Under the pieces are notes generated by a model, which searched no databases, was not told where the DNA came from, and was given only the letters and a program-made list of their open reading frames with translations. A stretch of DNA of 60,432 nt, counting the filler. It is 5 parts of 5 records of this genome, joined end to end, with 100 filler letters (N's around TTAATTAATTAA, not from the genome) between each part and the next. Parts side by side here need not be neighbours in the genome. Positions count along the whole stretch, not along the records: positions 12,151 to 35,192 come from SRR31156797_25982; 4 more parts are not named here. One strand, given 5' to 3'. This document shows positions 20,490 to 30,697 of this stretch, one piece after another. Made by a program: the position numbers and the translations under genes. How positions within the stretch are numbered: position 1 is the first letter of the stretch; every line of letters starts with the position of its first letter.

Positions 20490-21941
20490 TCAGTACAACT
20501 CTTCCCCTTTAAGTTCAGGGTATTGCTTCCTTAACTTCGCTTTCATTTCCGGATCAACCGGGCTTGGAATATGCTTCTTCAAAATTTTACTAACTACTTT
20601 GCGAGCTCGCTGTTCTGTAGTTAACGAACCACCCTCTTCCCACCTGACACGGGTTTGTCTGTCAGCAATTTTGGGAATAAAAAACTCCTTACGCAGATGG
20701 CTTACGGTGTGGTCTTCCGCCAGAAAATGGCCGGACGGCCCTACAGCCTTGATTACGTCAAGCGCGAGTGTATCTTCATTGACCTTGATACCCTTCATGA
20801 CGCGTAAGACGTTGCCAAGAATCTCATTGTCAATAACCATCTTGTCATAAGAAAACACCTGGCACATTTCAAGCAGACCAACTGAGTCATGAATAAAGTT
20901 ACTGCCGGACAAAGCGACGGTCATTGCAGTAACAGCACTTTCATATCCTGCCTGGCTATCATTTATTTTTGAATCCGACATACCGGCGGTTCCGTACATC
21001 GGAAGGTTATAAAACTGCGTCATTTGAGAGATAGCAGCATTGATCATGGCTGATTCAACGGCACCGGCCATATATGTACCTTCCCTCATATCCATAATAC
21101 TTGAAGTGGAACCGTACAAAATCGGGGTTCCCGGATTAACTAGCTGAGTAAGAGTAATACCTGCTAACGTCTCGGCATTATTCAACGCAACAGTACCGGC
21201 AATGGTGATAGGTGCGGTGGCACCAGCCAGCGGCTCAGACGAGACAACAAGCGGCAACCCTTTCCTTGCAATTTCAATGAGAAAGTCTGAATACAAATCA
21301 TCCATTACCAGAGGGCTGATCATCAGCACAATGAAGGACGCAATAGGGCGTTCCCGAAGATTTTCAACACCTCCGGCAATTTGTTCAGCTATGTCGATGG
21401 CTCCCTTCAACCCATCCATGGTGTACATACCACCGGTGACATGCTTGGTCGTATTGGTTAGTGCCCAGTAGAAGCGGTTAACATCAGAGTCTGTATCCGG
21501 TACATCCTGAGGATATGTATTGATAACGTAAAAGGAGACGTTATCGCAGTAATCCACCATACGCGCGATATCCCGCACATCATCGGTCCGCGACTTTCTC
21601 TTTTCACCGGACTCAAGATCCAGAGCGTATAATACGGTACCGCCTGTACCAAAATGAGTACGAGTACCTTCAAGATGCAGGTCATGCTTTTCATCCTGCG
21701 CATACAGCACTACTTTTGACGGCGCAGTCTCAATAGCCTTTTCAACCAGTGATCTTGGTATTTTAACTATTTCTGTCGCGTCATCTACCTCAGCTCCGTT
21801 CTTTGCAAAATACTCTCTTGCCTCTTTATTTTTAATTTTCATACCTGTTTCTTCTAAAATCGTCATAGAAGTCTCATGTATGGACTTGATGTCATCTTCG
21901 CTCAGCAAACTTAGCTGACCACCATCAACAGCTGGAAACAT
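20490..21941 (-). CDS. Trimethylamine methyltransferase (MttB) superfamily protein, non-pyrrolysine type
   Basis: IHETSMTILEETG, GATAPITIAG, QLVNPGTP, GMSDSK..DSQAGYES, GSNFIHDSVGLLE, VGPSGHFL. No in-frame TAG; Met sits at the position preceding SD.K. Confidence 0.93.
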   Translation of the reverse strand: MFPAVDGGQLSLLSEDDIKSIHETSMTILEETGMKIKNKEAREYFAKNGAEVDDATEIVKIPRSLVEKAIETAPSKVVLYAQDEKHDLHLEGTRTHFGTGGTVLYALDLESGEKRKSRTDDVRDIARMVDYCDNVSFYVINTYPQDVPDTDSDVNRFYWALTNTTKHVTGGMYTMDGLKGAIDIAEQIAGGVENLRERPIASFIVLMISPLVMDDLYSDFLIEIARKGLPLVVSSEPLAGATAPITIAGTVALNNAETLAGITLTQLVNPGTPILYGSTSSIMDMREGTYMAGAVESAMINAAISQMTQFYNLPMYGTAGMSDSKINDSQAGYESAVTAMTVALSGSNFIHDSVGLLEMCQVFSYDKMVIDNEILGNVLRVMKGIKVNEDTLALDVIKAVGPSGHFLAEDHTVSHLRKEFFIPKIADRQTRVRWEEGGSLTTEQRARKVVSKILKKHIPSPVDPEMKAKLRKQYPELKGEELY

Positions 21942-21985
21942 TGTTCATTCCTCTAAAGTGAGTAATAATTACGAGGGACGTGTAT

Positions 21986-22624
21986 CTAGGCAGCGTCCAT
22001 TAATCTATTGGCCAAATCAACAGCTGAAGACGCATCTGGTGCGTACTGTGCTCCTATCTCATCTGCAAAATTGTCAGTAATCGGAGAACCACCAACAATA
22101 ACTTTTAATCCGTCATACAAACCATTTTCCTTTAAGGCTTCTACGGTATCCTTCATGTTCACCATGGTGGTAGTCAGCATAGCGGCCATGCCAACAATGT
22201 CTGGCTCATGTTCTTTTACAGCTGCAACTATTGTTTCCGAATCAACATCCACACCCAGGTTGACAATTTCATATCCTGCACTTTCCATCATCATGCTGAC
22301 AAGCTTCAAACCAATGTCATGGAGGTCACCCTTAACTGTAGCAACCACGCAGGTGCCAACTTTTTCAATATCCCCTTCCTTGAGAAATGGTTTCAGCAAT
22401 TCCATTCCAGAATTCATAGCCTTGGCTGATACCAAAACCTCTGGTACGAACAGCTCCCCATCCTTAAAGAGCTCACCCACTTCACTCATTCCAGGAAGCA
22501 ATCCCTTGTTGATAATTTCTTTTGGGTCTGCCCCTTCATCAAGTGTCTTTTGTGTTAACGCTATAACTTCTGAAACATTGCCGTCGACAACATTTTCTGA
22601 AAGTTGTTCATATGCCTTTTCCAT
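21986..22624 (-). CDS. Methyltransferase cognate corrinoid protein (MttC/MtgC-like)
   Basis: LFVPEVL..AKAM, GDLHDIG (DxHxxG), NLGVDV, LTTTM, VIVGG.P. Confidence 0.95.
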   Translation of the reverse strand: MEKAYEQLSENVVDGNVSEVIALTQKTLDEGADPKEIINKGLLPGMSEVGELFKDGELFVPEVLVSAKAMNSGMELLKPFLKEGDIEKVGTCVVATVKGDLHDIGLKLVSMMMESAGYEIVNLGVDVDSETIVAAVKEHEPDIVGMAAMLTTTMVNMKDTVEALKENGLYDGLKVIVGGSPITDNFADEIGAQYAPDASSAVDLANRLMDAA

Positions 22625-23860
22625 TTATTTTCTCCTGAACTCCAATTGTAAATTCAAACTAAAGTATTTAATTATTCTTCGTTAACGATGTGCAGGACTG
22701 TGCGCCCGGCAGCCAGCCAGCATGACCGGTCCACTCACCAGCCGCAACACAACATTAAATTTTCTTTTTCCAGCACAGGTATTTTCTGCACCTGTGACAG
22801 ACTTTCGCGTTAAAAAAGTGAATCAAAACCATTCATTTTTACTGAATAGATTTTGAAAGCAGCTGATCGACAAACACCTCTTTATTTCCAATACGTTTCC
22901 ACGTGCCTGTTGTTTAACAACCGATATCTCTGTCGAATATATGGGGCGACCGCAGCAAGATTACCGGCAATACCAATTTATATTCCCAAGCCGATCTCAC
23001 TGTTAAAAAAACAATCCTCTGTAAAATCAGCTGAACTGCTCACCCCGAAGCAACGATGCAGAGCTTCCCACATTTTCTTTTACAGCTTTGCAATAGAGAA
23101 AATCCAACTACTAGAAAAGGCCAACGATTCATACTACCTGCTGTTCAATATCGAGAGAATCCTCCAATTTAATATTAATGTCAAGAAAAAAAAATTATCC
23201 TCAGGAACTTTTTACTTTCTCTACAAACAGAAGAAAGGCCAAGATGAATCAGGGCCAGCAACAAAAAAAACGACTCTTGCAACGGAAAATTACCTCGAAA
23301 CTTTAGAAACTTAGACACTACATCAACAATGAAACAGTGACCACGGAAGCACAACAAAGACGCTTGGCCTTCAGCCTGTAACAATTCCCCAGATCCAATT
23401 CACGTAAGAATACAGCCGATCTTGCGCCCCAACCACCCCGCAAGGAAAATGTGAAATAACGGTAACGGCATACCCTTATCTGCCTGCCCGCAAAGAGGAT
23501 CTTCACCATGCATATATGCTCAATACACCAGACAACTGGCCAGGCCTCTATCCCTACCCCCGCCTACCAGTGTGCCTTGAAGAGAGACAACGAAGGCCTA
23601 AGAAAACAATATGATTTCACTTTGCCCATAACCAAGTTACCCGAAGCATCATCACTTCCATGACCCCACTCCAGAACACCACTCCAGCAAACATTACAAA
23701 AATGAACATTTACCTACAATTTTGGTTACATTTTTGAAGATTCCCACGGGGAACCTTTTTGTCCTCATGGGAACAATACTGGAAAGAATAAAAATTTCCT
23801 GCGGTGAAACAAACTGTTATTGCGTGAAATTTATATTTTCTGCGACCTACCCTGCCAACA

Positions 23861-23876
23861 TGGCCCTACTTTTGCT
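23861..23876 (+). promoter_or_regulatory. sigma54 (-24/-12) promoter of glnK-amtB
   Basis: TGGCCCTACTTTTGCT (GG-N10-GC), about 50 nt upstream of the PII ATG. Confidence 0.75.
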
Positions 23877-23891
23877 GTTGAATTACCCTGA

Positions 23892-24263
<372 letters not shown>

Positions 24264-24287
24264 AATACAAATACTTCATATCAGGAC

Positions 24288-25799
24288 ATGGTAAAAAAAA
24301 TGCAAAAAAGACTGTTTGGTGCAACTATTTTCATGCTGCTACTTTTGAGCAGCTTATTCTTGCTCACCGAGACGAGCTTTGCTGCAACCGACAATACGGT
24401 TGAAGCTGCTGTTCAAACCTTCCCAAAAGAATTGTTTCAAGGAAAAACCCAAGATCAAATCCGCAAGGAACTCCCTGTTTCAGGTGCTTACAGAGACGAA
24501 ACCAGCCCCATTGAAGAAGAGGTCCAGGTCGAAATGGGGGGCAAATCCGTTACCGCCTCTATTGTTCGCTACCTGAGCCAACCAGAAATCCTGCAGTACA
24601 GAGGGGATGTCTTATGGACCTGCCTAGCAGCATTTCTTGTTTTCCTTATGCAGGCAGGTTTTGCCATGCTCGAAGCAGGTTTCACCCGAGCCAAGAATGC
24701 CGTAAACATCATGATGAAAAACATTTGCGACTTCTGCATAGGAACACTCGCCTTCCTGGCAATAGGGTTCCACATAATGTTTGCCGGACCAGACGAAAGC
24801 CTCTTTTTTCTCGGCTCCACCAGTGCAACACAGTGGGGATTCGCCTTCTGGCTCTTTCAATGCGTGTTTGCCGCAACTACTGCGACTATCGTTTCAGGCG
24901 GTGTAGCCGAAAGAACAAAATTTACCAGTTATCTTACCTACTCCGTTATCATCTGCGCCGTCATCTATCCTGTATTTGGTTCCTGGTGCTGGGGCAGCCT
25001 TCTTGACAGTTCAGGATGGCTCGAAGGAGTTCTTGGTGTCGGATTTTACGATTTTGCCGGCTCCACCGTTGTCCACTCAGTCGGCGGCTGGATTGCCTTG
25101 GCGGCTGCAATAGTTATAGGCCCGCGTATCGGAAAATTTGGACCCGACGGCAAAGCAAGAGCCATCCCGGGGCACAACCTTCCCTTTGCAGTTATTGGCG
25201 GCTTTCTCCTATGGCTTGGATGGTTCGGCTTCAACCCTGGCAGCACCACCACTTTTGACGGCAACTTGGCCCGTATTGCAGTAATGACCAACCTGGCTGC
25301 GGCTGCAGGCGGCGTATGTGCCATGACAACCATTTGGTGCATTTTCAAAAAACCAGATGTGGGCATGACCGTAAACGGCTTCCTCGCTGGGATGGTCGCC
25401 ATCTGTACAGCCGTTGACGTGGTCGACGTATACGGTGCCTTGATAATAGGTGGTGCAGCAGGCATCCTGGTCGTTCTCAGCGTTCTCTTCATAGAGAATA
25501 TCTTAAAAATCGACGACCCTGTCGGCTGCATTTCCGTCCATGGCATTTGCGGTGCCTGGGGAACCATCGCCTATGCATTCTTTGGAGTAGAGGCATTCAG
25601 CATAAAAGTGCTTATGGCGCAGCTCATAGGAGTAGGTTCAGGCTTTGCCTGGGCTTTCGGCACAGGCTTTGTTCTCTTTTTTGGCATCAAGCATACCATT
25701 GGCCTGAGAGTCTCAGAAGAAGAGGAAATCGAAGGGCTTGACATTCTCGAGCACGGCAACGAAGCGTATGCCGGCTTTGGCCTGGATAGACACCTTTAA
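24288..25799 (+). CDS. amtB: Ammonium (methylammonium) transporter AmtB
   Basis: FLMQAGFAMLEAG, DFAGSTVVHSVGG, LWLGWFGFNPGS, DDPVGCISVHG. Twin His retained. Confidence 0.97.
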   Translation: MVKKMQKRLFGATIFMLLLLSSLFLLTETSFAATDNTVEAAVQTFPKELFQGKTQDQIRKELPVSGAYRDETSPIEEEVQVEMGGKSVTASIVRYLSQPEILQYRGDVLWTCLAAFLVFLMQAGFAMLEAGFTRAKNAVNIMMKNICDFCIGTLAFLAIGFHIMFAGPDESLFFLGSTSATQWGFAFWLFQCVFAATTATIVSGGVAERTKFTSYLTYSVIICAVIYPVFGSWCWGSLLDSSGWLEGVLGVGFYDFAGSTVVHSVGGWIALAAAIVIGPRIGKFGPDGKARAIPGHNLPFAVIGGFLLWLGWFGFNPGSTTTFDGNLARIAVMTNLAAAAGGVCAMTTIWCIFKKPDVGMTVNGFLAGMVAICTAVDVVDVYGALIIGGAAGILVVLSVLFIENILKIDDPVGCISVHGICGAWGTIAYAFFGVEAFSIKVLMAQLIGVGSGFAWAFGTGFVLFFGIKHTIGLRVSEEEEIEGLDILEHGNEAYAGFGLDRHL

Positions 25800-25819
25800 T
25801 ATAACCTTCTCACATCAGG

Positions 25820-25860
25820 CAACAGGGGTTTTCGAGTATGCCTCAAACCCCTGTTGATTT
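25820..25860 (+). terminator. Terminator after amtB
   Basis: CAACAGGGGTTT...AAACCCCTGTTG, a 12-bp stem. Confidence 0.7.
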
Positions 25861-26058
25861 ACAAAAACTGCAATTTCAGCAGTACACCACAGTGCTTGCA
25901 CTTACCTCTGAGCACGATCAGGCAGAAAAACATTGCATTACTATAGTTATCCAGCCCACCTATGCGCACCCGGAGCACTGCTGAGCAGTTTCAGCTCGAG
26001 GGCAAGGCGAGGTTATATTTTATTCGCCAAATAGCTTAACAACACTTTAGCTAAAAAA

Positions 26059-26124
26059 TTTCTTTGAAAGAAAAAATAATTCCTAGGAAGAAATTATTTA
26101 CTTGTATTATTTCTTATTAGGAAT
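26059..26124. promoter_or_regulatory. Three WTTC-N7-GAAW operator-like palindromes upstream of mgsA
   Basis: TTTC-tttgaaa-GAAA (26059), ATTC-ctaggaa-GAAA (26079), TTTC-ttattag-GAAT (26110). Confidence 0.55.
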
Positions 26125-26343
26125 TATTTTTTATTTTTATGAATTTTAGATTGAAAGAACGACACTCAACACATTGACTCTTTCACGATACCATTCAAGT
26201 GCAACGAGATTTAGAGCCAGGTCAGCTTCACCCTGTTACTTGCAAGTCCAAAGCTGACCGGTACATACATTTTACTTGTGTTACGGGCAACCAGCTCCAT
26301 GAACAGAAAAAGCCTGTAGCATGATACAAATTGGAGGACTGCC

Positions 26344-27264
26344 ATGTGCGGCATAGCAGGTATCCTGTTTAAACACAACAAAACAAGAAACTTTAACCAA
26401 TCGACAGGCACAGCCCTGACTGAAATGCTCGACGCAATACTTCACAGAGGACCAGATTCTGCTGGTTGGGCCATTTACAAAGAGCCCCTTCCCGATACTC
26501 TGCGCATGCGTTTCATCATCCCTGAAAAAGGAACAAAGGAGCAGGAGCTCGAAAAGGTCAATACGCTGCTTACAGAGCAAGGTGTTTCAATTGTCAAAAC
26601 CGAACACCTCGGCTGCTCTCTGGGTGTGCATGCAAAATACAATGGCGACATCCTTACTCTCACCCACGCTATTGAAAAAGAACTTAAGCCGGTTTCCATT
26701 GGCCAGAGTCTAGATATTCTCAAGGATGTGGGACAACCCATGGAGCTGGCTCCACAATATCGCATCAACGAATTCAATGGCAGTCACGGCATTGCCCATA
26801 TTCGGCTGGCCACAGAGTCCGGGGTGCACGCAGATACTGCCCATCCGTTCTGGGCCTGCGGTTTTTCAGATATCTCCACAGTTCATAACGGCCAGGTGAC
26901 CAACTACTGGATCATGAGGAGACGGCTTGAACGATTCGGCATGACGTTCCAGACTGAAAACGACACTGAACTCATTGCCGTTTACCTGGCCTACCAGATG
27001 AGTTGCGGGGCAGACCTGGAAGATGCTCTCAAGGCCTCTCTGGAGGACCTTGACGGCACTTTCTCCTATCTCGTAGCCACCAAAAATGCTATCGGCTATG
27101 CCAAGGATAAACTTGCAGCAAAACCCATGGTGAAATACGAAAATGACGAAATGATCGTTCTGGCATCAGAAGAGGTAGGAATTAACCGCCTGTTCCCAGG
27201 CCAAGCTCTGGAAACAAGCGAACCAGCCCCCATGACATACGGTCTATGGTCCCGGGCAAGTTAA
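26344..27264 (+). CDS. mgsA: Class II glutamine amidotransferase, N-methylglutamate synthase subunit A-like (MgsA/GlxB)
   Basis: N-terminal nucleophile MCGIAG, HRGPDSAG, H.RLATES, AHPF, VHNGQ, ENDTE. Precedes the GXGXG/FMN gene and gmaS. Confidence 0.85.
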   Translation: MCGIAGILFKHNKTRNFNQSTGTALTEMLDAILHRGPDSAGWAIYKEPLPDTLRMRFIIPEKGTKEQELEKVNTLLTEQGVSIVKTEHLGCSLGVHAKYNGDILTLTHAIEKELKPVSIGQSLDILKDVGQPMELAPQYRINEFNGSHGIAHIRLATESGVHADTAHPFWACGFSDISTVHNGQVTNYWIMRRRLERFGMTFQTENDTELIAVYLAYQMSCGADLEDALKASLEDLDGTFSYLVATKNAIGYAKDKLAAKPMVKYENDEMIVLASEEVGINRLFPGQALETSEPAPMTYGLWSRAS

Positions 27265-27400
27265 ACGGTATCCCGACCGCCCTTCATCTAATTGTTAAAC
27301 ATGAACGTCCGGCTTCAACCGGTCTTGAAGTTTCATTATCAGTTATGTCAGGCATACACACAAAACTTCGCCGACCGCTGACTGTTCTAAGGAGCACTAT

Positions 27401-30400
27401 ATGGCAACCATAGATCTTTCCCAAATGCCGACGCGCACAGCAAACGAAGTTATCCGCGGTTACGGGGCTATTCACGAACCTATTGAAATCATCAACCCAG
27501 ACGCCAGACATTATATAGGTGTCGGCCTAACCTCAGCGGTACCAATAACCATTCACGGCTCTGCCGGTTATTTTTGCGGCGGCTTAAGTGACGGCCCAAT
27601 CATCACTGTTGAAAAAAATGTCTCATGGGGCGTCGGTGACAATATGCTTTCCGGCACCATTTATGTTGGCGGAAACGCAGGTGCCATTGCAGGAGTTGCG
27701 CTGAGAGGCGGAGATATTATCATCAACGGCAATATGGGTTCAAGATCCGGCCAGGTGATGAAAAAAGGCACCCTGTGCTGTTGCGGTAACTCTTCTTTTA
27801 TGGCCGGCTACATGATGTACGGCGGTCGAATTATAATTCTGGGCGACTCCGGGCAGAAGGTTGGCGAAAACATGGCCGGCGGAGAAATATATGTTGGAGG
27901 GACCATTAAGTCACTGGGCGCAGACGCAATGGAGGTTGCCCCGACAGACATTGATCTTGAAGATATCACGACTTTTCTAAAGGCCCACGATATTACTTTT
28001 CCTGGCACTTTTAAAAAGATTGTTTGCGAAGGAAAAGACCTGAAATATTCTATTCCGGAGCCACCTTCCAAAAGAACGCCTTTTCCCCGTTTCTCCGGCC
28101 CGGACGCCCCGTACTGGAATGACAAGGTCGTCGAAGATGCCCGAGTCAAAGGCAAGATCGGCAGATATCGTCTCCGTGGATTCGGCGCATCACGGCATGT
28201 CCCCCATTTTAACGATATCACCTTCAAAAAACCACTCACCGCCTTTAATCCTGAAGTCCTGAAAAAGGTTAACTTGCGGACCTTTATCGGTGATCGACAT
28301 GGAGCACGTGCCCTGGATCTTTCCATGCCAGTAATGATTGCGCCAATGAGTTACGGAGCAGTCAGCCCAGCGGTCAAGCGCGCACTGGGACAAGCCTCAG
28401 CCATGTCTGGGATCAGTGAGAACACAGGTGAAGGTGGAATGTATTCAGTGGAGCGCGCCGAAACCACCCAACTCATTGCCCAGTGCCTGTCTGGCCGGCT
28501 AGGCTGGAATATCCATGACATGCAGCGCGCCGACGGAATCGAGCTCTATATCTCACAGGGAGCCAAGCCAGGACTTGGTGGACAGCTGATGGCGGCAAAA
28601 CTCACCAAGGAAATTGCCGCAATACGGGGCATTGCTGAAGGCATGGACCTCAGATCGCCTTCCCGCCACCCTGACGTGCTTGGGGGAGACGACCTTATCA
28701 TGAAGATCAGGGAGTTCAGGGAAGCCGTAGGCTGGCGTTTACCAGTAAGCCTTAAACTAGGAGCCGGAAGAACAAGAGATGATGTCAAAATTGCGTTCAA
28801 GGATGACCTGGATTTCGTTGAACTCGACGGGCTTCAGGGTGGAACCGGCGCAGGCGGAAACGAAGTTCTGGAATATGTTGGCATCCCAACTATTTCGGCC
28901 ATTATGGAAGCCATGGACGGTCTCGATGAAATAGACGCAACTGGCCAACTTCCCATTGTCCTGATGGGGGGGATCCAGAACGGGGTGGATGCCGCCAAGG
29001 CCATCGCCCTGGGCGCAGCGGCAGTTGGCATAGGCACCCCTATTCTCATTGCAGGGGGCTGCATAGGTTGTATGCAGTGCATAACGGGCAAATGCCCACT
29101 TGGTATAACGACCCAAAACCCCAAACTGGTGGATCGTTTTAATGTCCAGGAAAATGCCTTGCGAATGCACAACTACCTTGAATCATTCAGATGGCAGATG
29201 GCAGCAATTACTAACGCACTTGGCCATAGCGACGTCCACAGCCTGTGCCGGGATGATCTTGTCGCACTTACTCCCGAGGCAGCCGAATTGACCAGGCTCC
29301 CATACCGTCCGGACTTACGTCCCGAATCGCTACCGACCACCGTCAAGCCTGAAAAGGAAACCGGCACAGCAAACTATCCGAAGTCTTCTCTCGAGCGGAT
29401 CCAGAAGATGGCTCAAGCTGAAGGGGATGAATCCAGAGAAGAAATTCTCGTGCAGTCATTAACCCCGAGACCCAATCCTTTTCCAGATAACCATGCACCG
29501 AGCTTTGACGATGTAGTTTTCCTCTCTGCAGCGCTCACCCGACTGGTTATTGACCCTTATAGGGAGGACTGCTCCACTAAAACCTGTATTACCAGAATTA
29601 CCGGACTCGGCAAACCAGATCCAGATCAACCCAGATTGAACCTTGAAACACCGGTTATAGCCACCGGTTTTGACGCTGCTCCAGAGCCTGTTAAAAGAGC
29701 GCTGGACAGAGCGCTGACAGCCTGCGGTGCGGCCTACCTCGGTTCGAGCCCTCTTACTGAAAGCAGCAGCACAGCCTGGCTTCAGCAGGTCACATCCGGC
29801 GTAGCGCCTTCAGCATCCGCAGCAGGACTTGTTTACGGGGCCGACGTCAGTAGTGACGAGATTAAGCGGTTGAACCCAAAACAGATACTCGGTCGATACA
29901 CCAGGAGCGGAACTGTTACCGAGGCCGTGGACAATTGCCTGGAACAAAAGATGGATCTCTTGCTCCTTGACTCTAGCAAAGGTATCGAATCGCCCTGGCC
30001 TGAACTGGACGGAGAGTTTGACCTCACCGTCATGCGCGATGCTATCGCAAGACTAAGGCAAGTAAATAAGGAAGAAGAGGTTGCGCTTGTCAATTTCGGT
30101 GGTCTGCGTTCTGGCACGGATTTAGCAAAATCTCTAGCGTTCAATTGTACGAGTTCTGTCTATGCAGTGGCATTGGCTATCGCAATGGGCGGAGTGACCG
30201 ACAATGGAAAAATTGATTTTTCTAATGCTCACGATGAATATAAAATGGCTGGCGCTGCAGAAAAATTTATTCGGGCCACTACCCAGGAAGTTGCGATCAT
30301 TTCCAGGTGCGCAGGCAAAACCAACATTCATAACTTGGAGCCGGAAGACATGCGGAGCATGACTATTCCGACCGCCAAGGCTCTTGACCTGCCCATGACC

Positions 30401-30430
30401 TCTGGTCAGGTCAAGCGTGAAGGGTTTTAA
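27401..30430 (+). CDS. Fused N-methylglutamate synthase B/C-like protein: GXGXG domain, FMN glutamate-synthase domain and a second degenerate FMN-type domain
   Basis: aa ~1-215 GXGXG beta-helix. aa ~235-640 IAPMSYG, NTGEGG, SQGAKPGLGG, DLRSPSRHPD, DG.QGGTG, CIGCMQC....CP. aa ~700-1009 repeat the MgsC-type ends (PSFDDVVFL...; CAGKTNIHNLEPED). Confidence 0.85.
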   Translation: MATIDLSQMPTRTANEVIRGYGAIHEPIEIINPDARHYIGVGLTSAVPITIHGSAGYFCGGLSDGPIITVEKNVSWGVGDNMLSGTIYVGGNAGAIAGVALRGGDIIINGNMGSRSGQVMKKGTLCCCGNSSFMAGYMMYGGRIIILGDSGQKVGENMAGGEIYVGGTIKSLGADAMEVAPTDIDLEDITTFLKAHDITFPGTFKKIVCEGKDLKYSIPEPPSKRTPFPRFSGPDAPYWNDKVVEDARVKGKIGRYRLRGFGASRHVPHFNDITFKKPLTAFNPEVLKKVNLRTFIGDRHGARALDLSMPVMIAPMSYGAVSPAVKRALGQASAMSGISENTGEGGMYSVERAETTQLIAQCLSGRLGWNIHDMQRADGIELYISQGAKPGLGGQLMAAKLTKEIAAIRGIAEGMDLRSPSRHPDVLGGDDLIMKIREFREAVGWRLPVSLKLGAGRTRDDVKIAFKDDLDFVELDGLQGGTGAGGNEVLEYVGIPTISAIMEAMDGLDEIDATGQLPIVLMGGIQNGVDAAKAIALGAAAVGIGTPILIAGGCIGCMQCITGKCPLGITTQNPKLVDRFNVQENALRMHNYLESFRWQMAAITNALGHSDVHSLCRDDLVALTPEAAELTRLPYRPDLRPESLPTTVKPEKETGTANYPKSSLERIQKMAQAEGDESREEILVQSLTPRPNPFPDNHAPSFDDVVFLSAALTRLVIDPYREDCSTKTCITRITGLGKPDPDQPRLNLETPVIATGFDAAPEPVKRALDRALTACGAAYLGSSPLTESSSTAWLQQVTSGVAPSASAAGLVYGADVSSDEIKRLNPKQILGRYTRSGTVTEAVDNCLEQKMDLLLLDSSKGIESPWPELDGEFDLTVMRDAIARLRQVNKEEEVALVNFGGLRSGTDLAKSLAFNCTSSVYAVALAIAMGGVTDNGKIDFSNAHDEYKMAGAAEKFIRATTQEVAIISRCAGKTNIHNLEPEDMRSMTIPTAKALDLPMTSGQVKREGF

Positions 30431-30474
30431 GCTGCAGGTGAACAAGCGACAATCACTCCATACCTGTTTTCAAT

Positions 30475-30509
30475 CTGGAGCCGGACTGGAAGGCACCGGC
30501 TCCAGCTTT
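30475..30509 (+). terminator. Hairpin after mgsBC
   Basis: CTGGAGCCGG-N11-CCGGCTCCAG followed by CTTT. Confidence 0.55.
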
Positions 30510-30697
30510 GGAGCACATTTTACATTACTTGCAAACTTATTCAGTTAAACAATTTCGATTGCAATAAGATTCCGGAGCTTTGCACAAACAGCACATATTT
30601 TTTTGCCTAAAAATTTACATATTTGAAATTAAAATATTTCTTGCTTTGCATGTTTGTGACTAATAATTTTTCGCTCAAAAGATATCCAGGAGACACA

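Noticed and set aside
20490-22624. Pyrrolysine or selenocysteine recoding in the methyltransferase operon
   Set aside because: There is no in-frame TAG/TGA in mttB. The corrinoid gene's TAG falls at the expected C-terminus.
22853-23314. 153-aa ORF in the divergent intergenic region
   Set aside because: TTG start with no RBS, low-complexity A-rich translation and no recognisable motif.
30623-30697. Upstream TTG start for gmaS
   Set aside because: The RBS and family N-terminus support ATG 30698.
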